The notes under the pieces are model-generated. The model was not told where the DNA came from. It made no database searches and saw only the letters and a list, made by a program, of their open reading frames with translations. From Azolla caroliniana (Eukaryota > Plantae > Polypodiophyta), in assembly GCA_043228905.1 (NCBI GenBank), contig JBHGNT010000002.1, forward strand, positions 3,968,001 through 4,032,000: a DNA stretch of 64,000 nucleotides. The letters run 5' to 3'. The number at the start of each line of letters is the position of its first letter. Position 1 is the stretch's first letter. Of the stretch, positions 51,901 to 64,000 are shown piece by piece. Both the position numbers and the translations under genes were made by a program.

Positions 51901-54777
51901 TTGCAGGTATCGTTGAATCCTCAAGTATCAGTGGAACACCGACGAATGACTTATTTTGTGGTTACTGGCTTCTGGCTTCATAGCATTTAACATGTGGCCA
52001 CTGGCTTTATCACTGCCTCAGTATCTAGGTGCATTTAATCTGTGTGCTATGATATTTGATGAATAGGTCCGGTGAGATTTCTTTTCCGGACTACACTTTT
52101 TGTATTTTATAATCCAAGACGTGTTTTTGCAACTGATCATTTCATTTTTTATGTCTGACCCTTTAATAGAACCTTCATTTTATTTATCAAGCCATATAAG
52201 CTCCAAGCTTTATGTATGGGTATCAAGCCTCCAGATTGTACTCTTTTTCTGTCTGATGCTTCCACTGCACATCTGTATTGTTTATTGCTCTTCTGCAGAC
52301 TTTACTATTTTTTCTCTATGTATATTAGTGTGTATTTGCTCTGGTTGATGCTTCCGCTACAATCTTTTTCATACAATCAGCTGTCATTGTAGCTAAGCAT
52401 CATTCCTAGTATCAGCTTTTTCTGTCATTCCTTTGATGTTCTTGATGAGGCACATTTTAATGTGCATGTGTTCTGATAAAGTTTGAGCCACTGTACATAT
52501 CCATTTTTGGCATGCATAATTTTTTATATACAAATGGATGGCACAATGATGGCTTTTTGCTATATTAGGCTTTGCACCTATTTCCATATCCCTCATTGTT
52601 TGCTTTGCTCGAGTTGTTGCAGAAACCATTATTGAAGAGTGAATTCAGCAATGCAGCTCTTTGGGCAGGGCATTGGTCACAACTATGCCCAACTTGCAAG
52701 GTTGTTTGAGTGTTAATTTTGAAACAAATGATATGCAATGATAACTGTTTTTCAACTTTTTCTTATATCTGATATGCAGGTAGTACGACCTCCACGTTCC
52801 AAACATTGCTCCTCTTGTAACAGATGTGTGGAACAATTTGATCATCACTGCCCGTGGATTTCCAACTGTGTTGGCAAGGTAGTTACTAATCTGCTACTTA
52901 GATATTGTACTCTATGAATCCTATGATAACCATACTTATTTTGGTGTTGGGTGCAGAAAAATAAATGGGACTTTATGATTTTCCTTTGTTTAGAAACCGC
53001 GGCAATGCTCCTCACTGGAATTATAACTATCCAAAGTAAATGTCAATATCAAGGAGTGCAGTGGCTTATGTGGATGTTAATGTTGAGAGTACTATGGTAG
53101 TGTTACTTATTGTAATGGATATGATGTTTCCTTCAATACCATTGCAGGGCTATGGACCGATCCTACTGCTCCCACCTCAGTAGGGGGATGGATTGCTTTC
53201 ATTGGGGCACGGCATTCTGGTGCTTTGGCTTTTCTTATTGTTGATATATTCCTATTCACAGGTGTTTCAACCTTGACAGTGATGCAGGCAAATCAGGTAT
53301 CTCACTTCTGAGAGATATACTCTGTTATCAGCCTTTTTTGTTTTTGTCCCCATAAGCACATTTTATGTCACGAGACAGATTGATGGGTGTAGTCAGTGCC
53401 GAGCTGGTGCAGAAGGTTTGTAAATAGAGATCAGACCTCTAGTGTGTGAAGGAACCCCTAATTAGAGGGAGGTTGAGTATATAAATAGGACCCCACGCCC
53501 TCCTCTTGATCATTAAATGTTCACCACTCTTGCTTGCTTACCTGCAATGTCCAATCTAATGTGAAAGTTCCATAATAAAGGATTAGACCTATAGTGCATG
53601 AAGGTATCATTAGGAGGAGGTTGGTGTTTTGAGGAACCCTATATATAGGGCCTTCATTTTGATCAACGATGAGCGCTGCTCTTGCACCCTTACCCTTGGG
53701 GACTTTACTGTCTTTTGGACTCTGGCATTGATGGTTGGTCAATGTGAATTTGGCTTGTGTTTCTCAATGTACATTGAGATCCTCATAAGGTGCTATCTTA
53801 AGTAAGCATCTATCTGTCTAAGATCGAAGAATTAATTAATAAAAAGTTTATTGAATAAGAGGGGAAGCCAAAAACAGACTCTCCCATCAGCTGGTTTGAG
53901 GCATGGATGCGTCAAAAACTATACTGAAAATTTCCATAAGCTCAAATTTGGCTATGGCAGTCAAGTGCTACTCATGATGGAGAGAACTGAGAAAGCAGAT
54001 GAGGTGAGCAGACAAGGGTAGATAGCCGTTTATGTAGTCATAAAAAATCTAGGTTTTTCTCCTTGCCATTGGTATATCCAGTTCTATGGACTCATAGGGG
54101 TTGTGCGAGGATTTTTTTTGTTCTTCACCAAAGGTGCATGATTATCCGGGAACTGGGGAAATTTAGTGTTAACCATAAAAAGAAAGAAATAAAATAATGC
54201 TACATTGGCGTCCACTAGAGTCTGATGTTGGTCTGTGAATTGGTGAGTCAATCTCTATCCTGAAGACCCCCAAGGGCTATACATATATGCACAAACTAGG
54301 ATGGAAATTTTGTGTTGCTTCACTTCACTGTGTGATTGTTCCTGAGACCGTGAAAATCTTATTGCTTTCTGACTGATTCATGTTCCATGGGTTATTTCCT
54401 CATTGCAGGTTGCACAAAACATTACCACTAATGAACTTACAAATGCCATGCGATATAGCTACTTAAAAGGTCCGGATGGGCATTTCCACAACCCTTATGA
54501 TCATGGATGCCGCAAGAATTGTAGTGATTTCCTTATACAAGGGTACAAGGAGGACATAGAGGTTTTGAAACAACCATTGCAACACAATGGTGGGTTGCAT
54601 ATGCTTCAGCTCTCAGGTCATTCAAATGTTCCTTCTTCCTCGAGTGTTGTGAGTTCAAATGGTAGTGCAAAATATCAACATCATCACCACCAACATGCAT
54701 CATCAAGTAGCCTAAACAACCATGAACATTCTTCCAAATTTGTTCCCTTAGGTCTTGGCCTTGGATTGGATCATTAA
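45926..54777 (+). CDS. PAT24: Ankyrin-repeat DHHC protein S-acyltransferase (TIP1/PAT24 or PAT23-like), 13 exons
   Basis: Exons 45926-46198, 47091-47231, 47854-47966, 48070-48149, 48292-48455, 48532-48670, 48782-48881, 50991-51048, 52623-52700, 52780-52878, 52957-53035, 53148-53296, 54409-54777. Contains the [10 protein letters not shown]-terminus, ankyrin repeats ([15 protein letters not shown]), [40 protein letters not shown] and NPYDHG. Confidence 0.95.
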
Positions 54778-54991
54778 TTCAAGAACGCAGGTTCTTAGGT
54801 CATGAAAGAGAAATATGTGTACATTACTTTCTCAGTATCTGTACAACAAAAGATAGCCTACTTTCCCATATAGCGAGAAGTCCTAACAATATCTTTATTA
54901 ACCTCAACATCTCCATTGCTAAATGGCACCACAATCATTTTTTTGTTCATTGAAAATCTGCATCAATATATGAAAGGATATCTAAACGTTT

Positions 54992-55240
<249 letters not shown>

Positions 55241-55689
55241 CAACGTGTACCCATGTGTGCATGCACATGTGACAATACAATCAGCCCGTCCCAGTAAACC
55301 CACGTGCTCGTCCCAGTATAGTAAATACACCCTCGAAGGTTTTGTTAGGCTAGGTGACATAAAAGGTAAGTCCATTGAGGTTTAAGATGCCAAAGTGTTG
55401 AAAATTGTCAAGTCAATTTTGTTTTTGTTGAGCATATTGATTTATTCCATGGAGACCATAAACCAAGATTCTTAAACACCAATCTTTGAAGTAGTCTACA
55501 TGAATGACATGGAGGGCAAAGTTTTGGCTCCTTGAGTGGTAACCAATTGAAAGGGTAAAGACTTTCTTGTTTAATTATATGTAAGGTGGTGTAACATGTC
55601 AAATTCTCTCTCTCTCTCTCTCTAGATGAACAAGCAATTGATGTGTATAGCTGTGGAGTATATAATGGCATGCAAGATTTGGATCCTTT

Positions 55690-57900
55690 CGGACCCTAAG
55701 ATGAAGTTACACAAGGATTGTGAAAATCATTGCATAAAGAAAAGCCACAAATGCCTTTCCCCATATAGCAGCCAATGCACCCAAAAACTTGGTGTTGTCA
55801 TACAAAATAGTTGGTATGATGAGGAATGTCGTGATTCCAGGAGATGCTTGCATTGTGAATTAACACCTCATGATGTACTATACAAAATTAAAGATCATTT
55901 GTATCGCATGAATATGCAAAGGTACTATATGATATCTCGTGGGGGCCTTGACTTCCCCACCCACATGGCCCATGCCCACCTGAATCCACCTTTATTACTC
56001 CACAAAATGTAAGACATGACATTGATCGGTTACAATTTGGGAAGGCCCACGATCATGATGGGTTGGATGGTGAGCACTTTATCTATACCCATGACATCTT
56101 GTTCCCATTGCTAGCACACATCTGTAATGGAGCCATGCATGAAGGTTTTCCTACTAGTTAGATAGAACATACCATTGTGCCAATCCTCAAGATTGAAGAC
56201 CCCATGATGCCAAACAACTATATGATGGTTAAATTACATGGGTTTGATCCTATAGTTAGAATTGAGTATATGGGTAGTGCAAAGTGGACTTGTAGGTTTT
56301 CGGAAGGGGTTCACCATTTTGGATCACATATTGACCCTTGAGGAGGGTAGAGCTAGTAATAAGAGGATTTTCTACTTTGTGGATTTCCAAAAAGCCTTGA
56401 CAATGTGTCACATGCTCATTTTATGCAATGACTAGAAGACCTTGGTGTTCCTACATATATGCAAAGGGGAATCTATATGAATATGTGTCAAGAAAAGTGT
56501 GGTCTCCCAATGGTTTGCTAGAGGCAATATCTAGCCAATCAGAGTAAAACAAGGATTCCCACTTTTACACACTCTCTTTGATCTCTATTTAGATGAGGTA
56601 TCACATTACATAGAGAGCTTTGAGGGGTTCAAAAGAATGCCTAGCGGGTATAACTATACAACTATCATCATTACTGATGATATTGTGTTGATTTCTCACT
56701 CTCCGGAGGGACTACAAAGACATATACATACCTTTAAACTATTTTTTACGGACAAAGGTTTGTTGATAAACATAGATAAAACTAAAGTTATGGTGTTTAA
56801 CACCACTCAAGCATGATGAACAAGATCATAACAAGAATTCTTCTTGGGAGGGGAAAAGGTGGCATACACATGCTCATACACCTACCTTGGAATATCATTT
56901 AAAGGGCATAGGTTCTCCTTACAGGAGGTTGTCTGTGCTTGACTTTCTTGTGGATATTTAGCCCTTGGGGCTCTCGAAAGACAATGTGCACATTTGCAGT
57001 TCCAAGAGTCACAAACTAAACTTGGCTATTTGATGCACTTGTGACAATTACTCTTCTCTATGGCGTAGAAACGTGGTGACTGAGTCTTAACAAGGCAAAT
57101 ACTTGGAAAGATTTTGAGAGACCTTTAGTGTCAATGATTACCCGTATGATAAGGAGCACAACATCCATGTCCCATGATATAATTAGGGCAGAGATGGGAG
57201 CAACCGCTATAATCACCGAGGCATTATTCCAATTATTGACCTACATCCAAAATCTTTGGGAGCTCCCTAAAGTAAGGTAGTCAAAGTTGGTGTTTATGTC
57301 ATCAAGAATATTATCTAAATATGGAGGCATTCATTGTTGGTATGTTGAAATGCAACAATGGTTTGAGCCACATGGCATAAGCATAAATGCACTACCCTTG
57401 TTCCAATATTGCTTGGATTGTCCCCATCTAAATATGACCAAAGTGGAAAAGAATATAGTAATCCAACATGATATTATTAACCTTGAAAAAAAGTTAACAT
57501 GTGCTATATCACTTGGTACTTTTTACACACATTCTAGGGTGGATTAATCATAATGCCATCTTATATGGACATACATCTATTGTGATAGGGCAGTTGTGAA
57601 CTTCATCACTTTGGTTGGAGATAAAGGTACACAAATATCATGAATACCTCTAGAAGAAAAGAATTTGTCAATTGTGTCATCAAGGGGTGGAATTCAATGA
57701 ACACTATGTTTGTCACTGTATCATCTTTTATGAAATAAGAGGGAGATACCATTGCCTCTTTAAACGACTTTGGCCCACTATGCAAAGTATTGGAATATGA
57801 GAACCAATGGTGCCTAGGACTTTTCTTGCTAGAACTCAAGAGAGATAGGGGAAAATTGTTGAAGGACAACAATACAACCACACAAGCTCATCCACAAAGA
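55690..57900 (+). mobile_element. Degenerate non-L1 LINE ORF2 (RTE/RTEX/L2-like), many stops and frameshifts
   Basis: Ordered motifs: WYDEEC, GKA.D.DGL, TIVPILK, GFRKGFTILDHI, FVDFQKA, VKQG, TDDIVL, NIDKTKVMVF, YTYLG, LLYGVETW, and a Cys-containing C-terminal remnant. Confidence 0.85.
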
Positions 57901-57982
57901 ACAATCACAACTTTCTTTAACCCCATCACTCCTAATGCTACAGGTCAATCAAGGGCTACACATATGGGCTCCCGACCAGGAC

Positions 57983-58401
57983 ATAACAAAGGGGTTACAA
58001 TAGATTGGGCAATTGCAATTTGTTGGGCACATAGGCCTTGGCCTCATGGACGATGATCTCACCACCCTTGTCATTGACAGATAGATCGCAAGTGCTTCCC
58101 TTTGCTTCAGAGACATCTCCTTTTTGGATCAACCTATGCTAGAAGCGTTTTAAAGACAAAAATTACAATATATCTAACTTATGTGCTAATAACAAGATTC
58201 TTTTGTCTCTTTTTATCTTCTTTACTTTTTTGTTTACTTAGTAACATTTATAACAAAGGGGTTACAATAGATTGGGCAATTGCAATTTGTCGGGCACATA
58301 GGCCTTGGCCCCATGGACGATGATCTCACCACCCTTGTCATTGACATATAGATCGCAAGTGCTTCCCTTGCTTCAGAGACATCTCCTTTCTGGATCAACC
58401 T
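57983..58401. repeat. ~150-bp direct repeat (period 267 bp) at the LINE 3' end
   Basis: ataacaaaggggttacaatagattgggc...ggatcaacct occurs at 57983 and 58250, separated by a T-rich spacer. Confidence 0.88.
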
Positions 58402-58559
58402 CTCTCTGTAAATTAATTGTAGGTAAAACCCACTTAGTTACAACACTTCTTAGTCTCCTCTATCTATCATATGCCTATGTAAGGAGAGAGACGTCTTGTA
58501 ATGCCATTAAAAAACTTGAATATGCATTTGAGGAAATGATCCCCACATGCTCTAACATC

Positions 58560-59300
58560 CAAAAAGTCCATATGAGAATACCTTTTAGTTTCTTTATATA
58601 GGCTTTCACCCCATGTTTATTATCAAACATAAAAGCATTACACATATTCCAATTGTGTTATAGTCCCCAATAATGTAAAAATTGGAACAATATCTCCATC
58701 ATCATTTGAACCATTTTGAACATATTGAGAAAAAACCCATTGTTGAGGTCTCAAATAACAATAGGTTAAAACTTGCCAAATGTCCAATAAGTACTTCCAA
58801 ATGGTACATGCTATATGACATTTAATGAACCTATGTGTACTATCCTCTAATAGAATGGTGCAAAAGAAACAAGTGCAAGACCTTAGTCCTTGTCTCTGTA
58901 AAGCCGAACCTAATGGGAGCCCACCAATCATGACTCTCCATATGAATACCTTTGCACGAAATGGTAGATGGGAATGCCAACCACGTTGTAATATTTTCTA
59001 CCACATGGTATTCGACTTACATACATTCCACAACTTCTCTGCTTTTGGAGATAGCCAAGATAATGATGTCATTGCATGATGATACAATATATTTGTAGTG
59101 TACCATCTTGTAACTGCCAATCCACCCAAGGTGCAACATTTGTTTTCAATGGGAAAGATTCTTGCGACAATTGTATCTTGTAGTTTCTCCCAAATAAATC
59201 CATAATTTGGGGGAATACATAACCATTGTTTGGCATCTTCAAATTCCGACAACCTTTGAGATTAATTATCAACCACATCTTCAAATGTACTTGGTGGTTT
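58560..59300 (-). mobile_element. Degenerate L1-type LINE C-terminal (zf-RVT) fragment
   Basis: Minus strand GGLPLGSALQRQG..CFFCTILLEDSTHRFIKC..A..IW is the zf-RVT signature. Confidence 0.7.
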
Positions 59301-59434
59301 ACATCATAGCATCAACAATTGTGAGAACCTTTGATCCTCTCCATGACTAGGCCACCAAACTTGGGTTCTCATAGATCTCAATATGTATGAGCACACACAC
59401 ACACACACACAAAGTTTTTTACTAGAGAGTAGTA

Positions 59435-59527
59435 ACCCCCCTTCTTAGGAAGGAGTCACATACAAGATTATATGTTGTTTGGTCCCATAGGTCGAAATTG
59501 GCTTCCTCATCGGTGATAAAACTATTC
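59435..59527 (+). mobile_element. ~95-bp 3'-end fragment of the same LINE family as 10720-12065
   Basis: acccc(cc)ttcttaggaaggag.cacata...gtcccataggtc.aa.ttggc matches the reverse complement of ~10725-10816. Confidence 0.75.
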
Positions 59528-61544
59528 TGTTTGCAAGTGAAAACATACAAATATAGCGATAAATGTGTGAAAAACACCACAATGATACTACAACTAAGTG
59601 GTATTACTGCGATATGGATAGTGATGTGTTTAAATCGCTACCAATAGGGAAGACAAACACTCCACTAAGGGAAAATTTTCGACTTACTCCAACAAACAAA
59701 TTGTCACACCAATACAACCTTCAACTTTCGTAGATATACTCTAACTCCATGTTGGCCAAATAAAAAAATCACTACACATTTCCCATTTATGACACAATCA
59801 CTCACTCACTCACTCTCTATCCTTGGAGTGGCCATCACATGTTACTAATAAACCCAACATCCCTACACATTGTACATACCCATCTTTACAACATCATGGG
59901 TGTAGTAGTGAGTGAATCATGCTATGTACAAAGGTAGTTAACTACATAATGTAGCAATTAAAGGTATCTTGTGATATCATAATAACATCCTACATCTCAA
60001 TTTTTTGCTATGATGTCTGTAACCTTGGTGACTTTGGGGCACATAGATTGTTATTTGGCAAAAATGTTTGCAATGCTAGATGTCATTTTGCTCTCTTTAC
60101 ATAAGTTGATGAAGTGATTTGTTGGATGTCTCTCTCAACCTTCAAAGCACAATATGCAAAGCAATTTTACAAAGGAGCAGTTTCATTTATAATTCCAATA
60201 GATACTTATTTTAGCAATAACCACAAGCTTCCTTGCGCCACATTGCATGAGGACAAAATGTTGTAGCCTCTAAAAGATGGAGCATATCCATGTAATATCA
60301 TGAGGATAAGCAAATTGAGCTCATAAAAATACCAACTAAGGATAGTCAAGTCAATATCTTCCCAAACGGCTCTATTATGTGCCATTATCCTCATGTTATC
60401 GGAATGGGCATTTAAGTGTACAAGAATTTTCATCTTTAGGGGCATTCATGTTTAAGGGTAGATGGTGTAAAAGCTCATGTGCCTAGAGTTGGGAGTTATA
60501 CCAAGATATGAAAGAATGTTTTGTAGTATTTCTATTGTTATGCCCATATGTGAAACTTGATACAAGAACATAAGAAATAAGGCATTTGGAACCATTTGAT
60601 GTTGTGTACTCTTTGAGTTCTAGTGTGCAAATTGAGTAGTGTAACACAAGCAAAAGTTTCGAGTCAAGTGAGTATGTAGATGATTGTATAGGCTATTATA
60701 ATTGCATGACCATTTTCAAGGTTCACGTGTTAAGTATTATAGTGAGAATTTAGCCATATTGACTTATAGAAGAGTATGTTGGCATATGTTTCATGCTTAT
60801 TTGGGGGATGGCAATCGGATTTCCTAAAAACATGCTAAGAGTGGTTGGCATTCCCAAAACAATACACAATTCAATGGATAAAGTTGAGCTTGCGCGTCCC
60901 AAATGAAAAATGAAAAGCATTGCATCAATTCTCAAGCAGAGGGTTTAAGGTTGTGCTCATGGGCACCATAATACAAGAATGGAAAATGAAAGCATTGGCC
61001 TTACATGAAAGGTAGAGGAAATAAAAACCTATTGACAAAACAGACACTAGAATTGAACTTAAAACTTCTAGAATGAACATTACAAGCACATTGTTAGCAT
61101 TACATCAATTAGTAGTCCACAAACATAACAATGTAGAAATCCACAACGTTAAGAGGCATGGATAGTTAGAGAATAAGTTCAATAAACCTAGGACGATTAT
61201 TCAATTATTAAGGAAGATTAAAAGAATTGTATAACAAAACTAAGAAACTGATAACCAAGATGAAACAAGGTGAGATGAAATTCCCCACAGATGTTCTAAG
61301 GATTATTGAGGGAGAAAAGAGAGAAAGTTCATAATTGGTATTTAATGGGGCAAAATGGACTTTGGGATAAATTGAGAGAAATTAACAAGGACTGTACATG
61401 CCAACCATGGACACCATGTGAATGTGTTGTTGTATGCAACATATAATACACCTTAGATGTCCCTATCTACCACGTCTTTGCTTGTAGGTATACAACTTCA
61501 CATCATTATCAAATCATTGGACTCGGACATGTAAACACAACGGT

Positions 61545-61612
61545 GTAGTGGTAAAGCTAATGGTTTTACCTTAAGGTTGGAAGTAAACGATTCGAAACAT
61601 AGCAATCACATG
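61545..61612 (+). mobile_element. Possible tRNA-derived SINE head (degenerate)
   Basis: A-box-like GGTGTAGTGGTA and B-box-like GATTCGAAAC at plausible Pol III spacing; no full cloverleaf seen. Confidence 0.35.
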
Positions 61613-63489
61613 GATATTTGTGAAAAAAGAAAAATTAAATATCCCCGAAAGATTAGCAATACTGAGGATGGGGGGAGCTCGAGAAATCGACGAGGGATAA
61701 AAGTCTGTCCAATAGGACTATCTAAGAGATTCCGAAACTAGAAATACATCCATCAAATATAAAAGATAGTAGACGCAAGTGAAAGGTACAAATAATAGAA
61801 TCATTACACATACATTCAAACAAGAAAAGAAAAGCTCCAAATAGAGATTCCCCCATTTTCACTTAACAAGATGAAGAAGTAAAAAGAGGCTCCATATTTT
61901 TTCACTTAGAGAAATAATTATATTGGATAAACTTGTGTGATTGAATGAGATGAAAGCCCGTATATGCACATACATACAAATCGATCATTTTCCCGTGCTT
62001 CATTCTAGAGCTCCTCTATTTTGATAACTTTTGAGCGGCTATGAAATATCATGTCCTCAACATATGCAAATTGCAATGTAGAACATCCAAAGAGTCTTCC
62101 AAATGAGTGGAGCATCTAATCTTCTCAATGCATACATGGAAATGTGAAGAGTGGTTTTTATTTTGAGATGCATTGCATGTGTTATGTCCATAGGCAAGGA
62201 AACGATTAGATTGCAAAAAGCCTGGATTGATTTTTTACCAGACGCGTGTGTTTGTAGGGGCAAGAAATGTGCGACTAAAAAGGGTTATTTGGGGGCAAAA
62301 CGCGCGATGCGAAAATTGCGTACATGAGTACTCACGAACAGTTCCTCTCCCCTTCTGACATTAAACAAAGTGTTATATATAGATATAAATATGTATATGT
62401 AATATGTGTTATATAGTCGAGCAAGAGCTCAAACAAGAAAGGCATTGCACTTCCCCAAAATCTTGACATAGTAGAGATGCTCTTCTGAAATTCATTTACT
62501 TTTTTCACACAACCTATCCACTAGGTCTACACCAAAGACGAGGACGAACGAAACACGCTTGTCTCTTTTTCTTTAAATTAAAGATGCCCACCCACACACA
62601 CACACACACACATGGTAAAAAATGTTGTGCTCGCAAGAGCACCAGAAAGCTAGCAAGGACATTCATCTCGTCTATCAAAGATTGTAACATATATCCATGT
62701 TATTCGAATATGCCTTTGTGAAACAAACGTTATTATTATTATTATTATTATTTCGGTCTTGTTTTTTTACAATTTGACGGATTTTGGTTACTACAAACAA
62801 GATTCACACATACCACCGCGAGAGCACATATTCCTTCTTGTTATTTATTTTTCCCTATCCTATAAAGCATTCTAGTACATATTGGGAATCGAAAAAAAGT
62901 GGTAGACACTTTTTTATAAAGACAAATGTAGAATCTAATTTTTTATATGTATCTTTATACATGGACCTTCTTGGACCAAATGTAGATAGTGTCGAAATAT
63001 AGTTTAGTAGGGGTAAGGTTGAGACTAGGGCTACAATCTCACATTCAAGCATATATGATGTACATAATAGAATAACATCATTTTGGTTCCCAAATGTGTA
63101 TCAAATGACCAAAATGCTAGAATCTCGAAAGTATCGGAGATTGGTGAAAAACTAGATCCACATGGAACCTTAGGTGTCTTAATTATTGAAATGGAGCTCA
63201 AATTGATAGTAATTGAATTGGGTCCAATGGAATTTGAGTGTGCCTTGAATCAAACCCCAAATCATGTTGCAATATTATATGATGGAGCGTAATTCGATCC
63301 AAACTTGTCCGAATGAAATCAATGCGTGCCATAATTGAATTACCATAAAATGTTAACGTGGAATCTGTGGATGATGCCCATGTGGGATTAGAGAGCGTCC
63401 AAAATTTATCCATCGTCCAAGTTGCCCTACATGGAATAATGGAATTTAACATCACTAATGTCGGAATCTAACAAGAGCAATGTCCAAAG

Positions 63490-63810
63490 GGGTGCCCAAT
63501 TGGAATCCAAGCAATGTCCAAATAGAATCTTGATGACGATTTGATGCCTAATTTGGAATAATCCAAACATGCCCAACATATCCAAAGGTGCCCATAATCT
63601 AATCCGAGAGTACCCAACATACTCCTAGAGTGAAGGAATCTAACAACAACAATGTCCACCTGGGTGCCCAATTTCGGAATCCAACCAATGCCCAAACAAA
63701 ATCTTGATGACCATCTGTCGCCCGATCTGGAATACTCTGAACATGCCCAAACTTAATCCAAAGGTGCCCGAATTTTGATCTTGACGGAACCCAACATACT
63801 CCTAGAATGA
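63490..63810. repeat. Diverged ~172-bp satellite-like repeat (2 copies)
   Basis: ggtgcccaat..ggaatccaa.caatg.ccaaa..aatcttgatgac...aacatgcccaa...atccaaaggtgccc...acccaacatactcctaga occurs at ~63491 and ~63663. Confidence 0.75.
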
Positions 63811-63849
63811 ATTCGAATACGAGGGTGCCTAAATTGAATATGAAGCTGG

Positions 63850-63870
63850 TTTAGGGTTTAGGGTTTAGGG
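63850..63870 (+). repeat. Interstitial plant telomeric repeat (TTTAGGG)3
   Basis: tttagggtttagggtttaggg is directly visible. Confidence 0.85.
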
Positions 63871-64000
63871 ATTGAGGTGTCCAAATGGAATTCGTGTCTA
63901 CCAAAAGGAATCGATTTGTGTCCGAAGAACGGAATCCAACTCTACCCCGAAAGGGAATCTGAAGGTGTCCAAGAGGGAATCTAACCTTGCCCAAAAAGGA

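Noticed and set aside
53370-53700. Two TATA-containing, loosely inverted segments in PAT intron 12 (hairpin, miRNA or LTR remnant)
   Set aside because: Complementarity is too weak to support a hairpin call by eye.
13784-54777. Idea that APC10, BPP, DEG9 and PAT form a functional cluster (proteolysis and lipidation)
   Set aside because: These are unrelated housekeeping-type genes in mixed orientations, with no sequence evidence of co-regulation.

Overview
Eukaryotic, AT-rich land-plant nuclear DNA. A seedless vascular plant such as a fern is suggested by the style of the PPR and LINE fragments, but this is inference. Four intact spliced genes were reconstructed by hand with GT-AG introns and preserved phase: APC10/DOC1 (+, 13784-18677); a BPP-like Pro/Ser-rich microtubule-associated protein ending in a CaaX motif (+, 23677-27598); a DEG9-type HtrA serine protease (-, 34549-42936); and an ankyrin-DHHC S-acyltransferase of the TIP1/PAT23/24 type (+, 45926-54777). 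The window also holds a young full-length Ty1/copia element (4499-9847, TSD AATTG), several decayed LINEs of two types, a PLS-PPR pseudogene fragment, and many tandem duplications and micro/minisatellites. The best novelty candidate is the DEG9 protease, whose ~320-aa N-terminal extension carries eight AT-hook (RGRP) motifs, suggesting a DNA-tethered nuclear protease. Second is the strongly CCGG-enriched copia element, which is disabled both in trans (nonsense codon before RNase H) and in cis (loss of the U5 terminal CA). All coordinates and counts were read by eye; no database searches were run.
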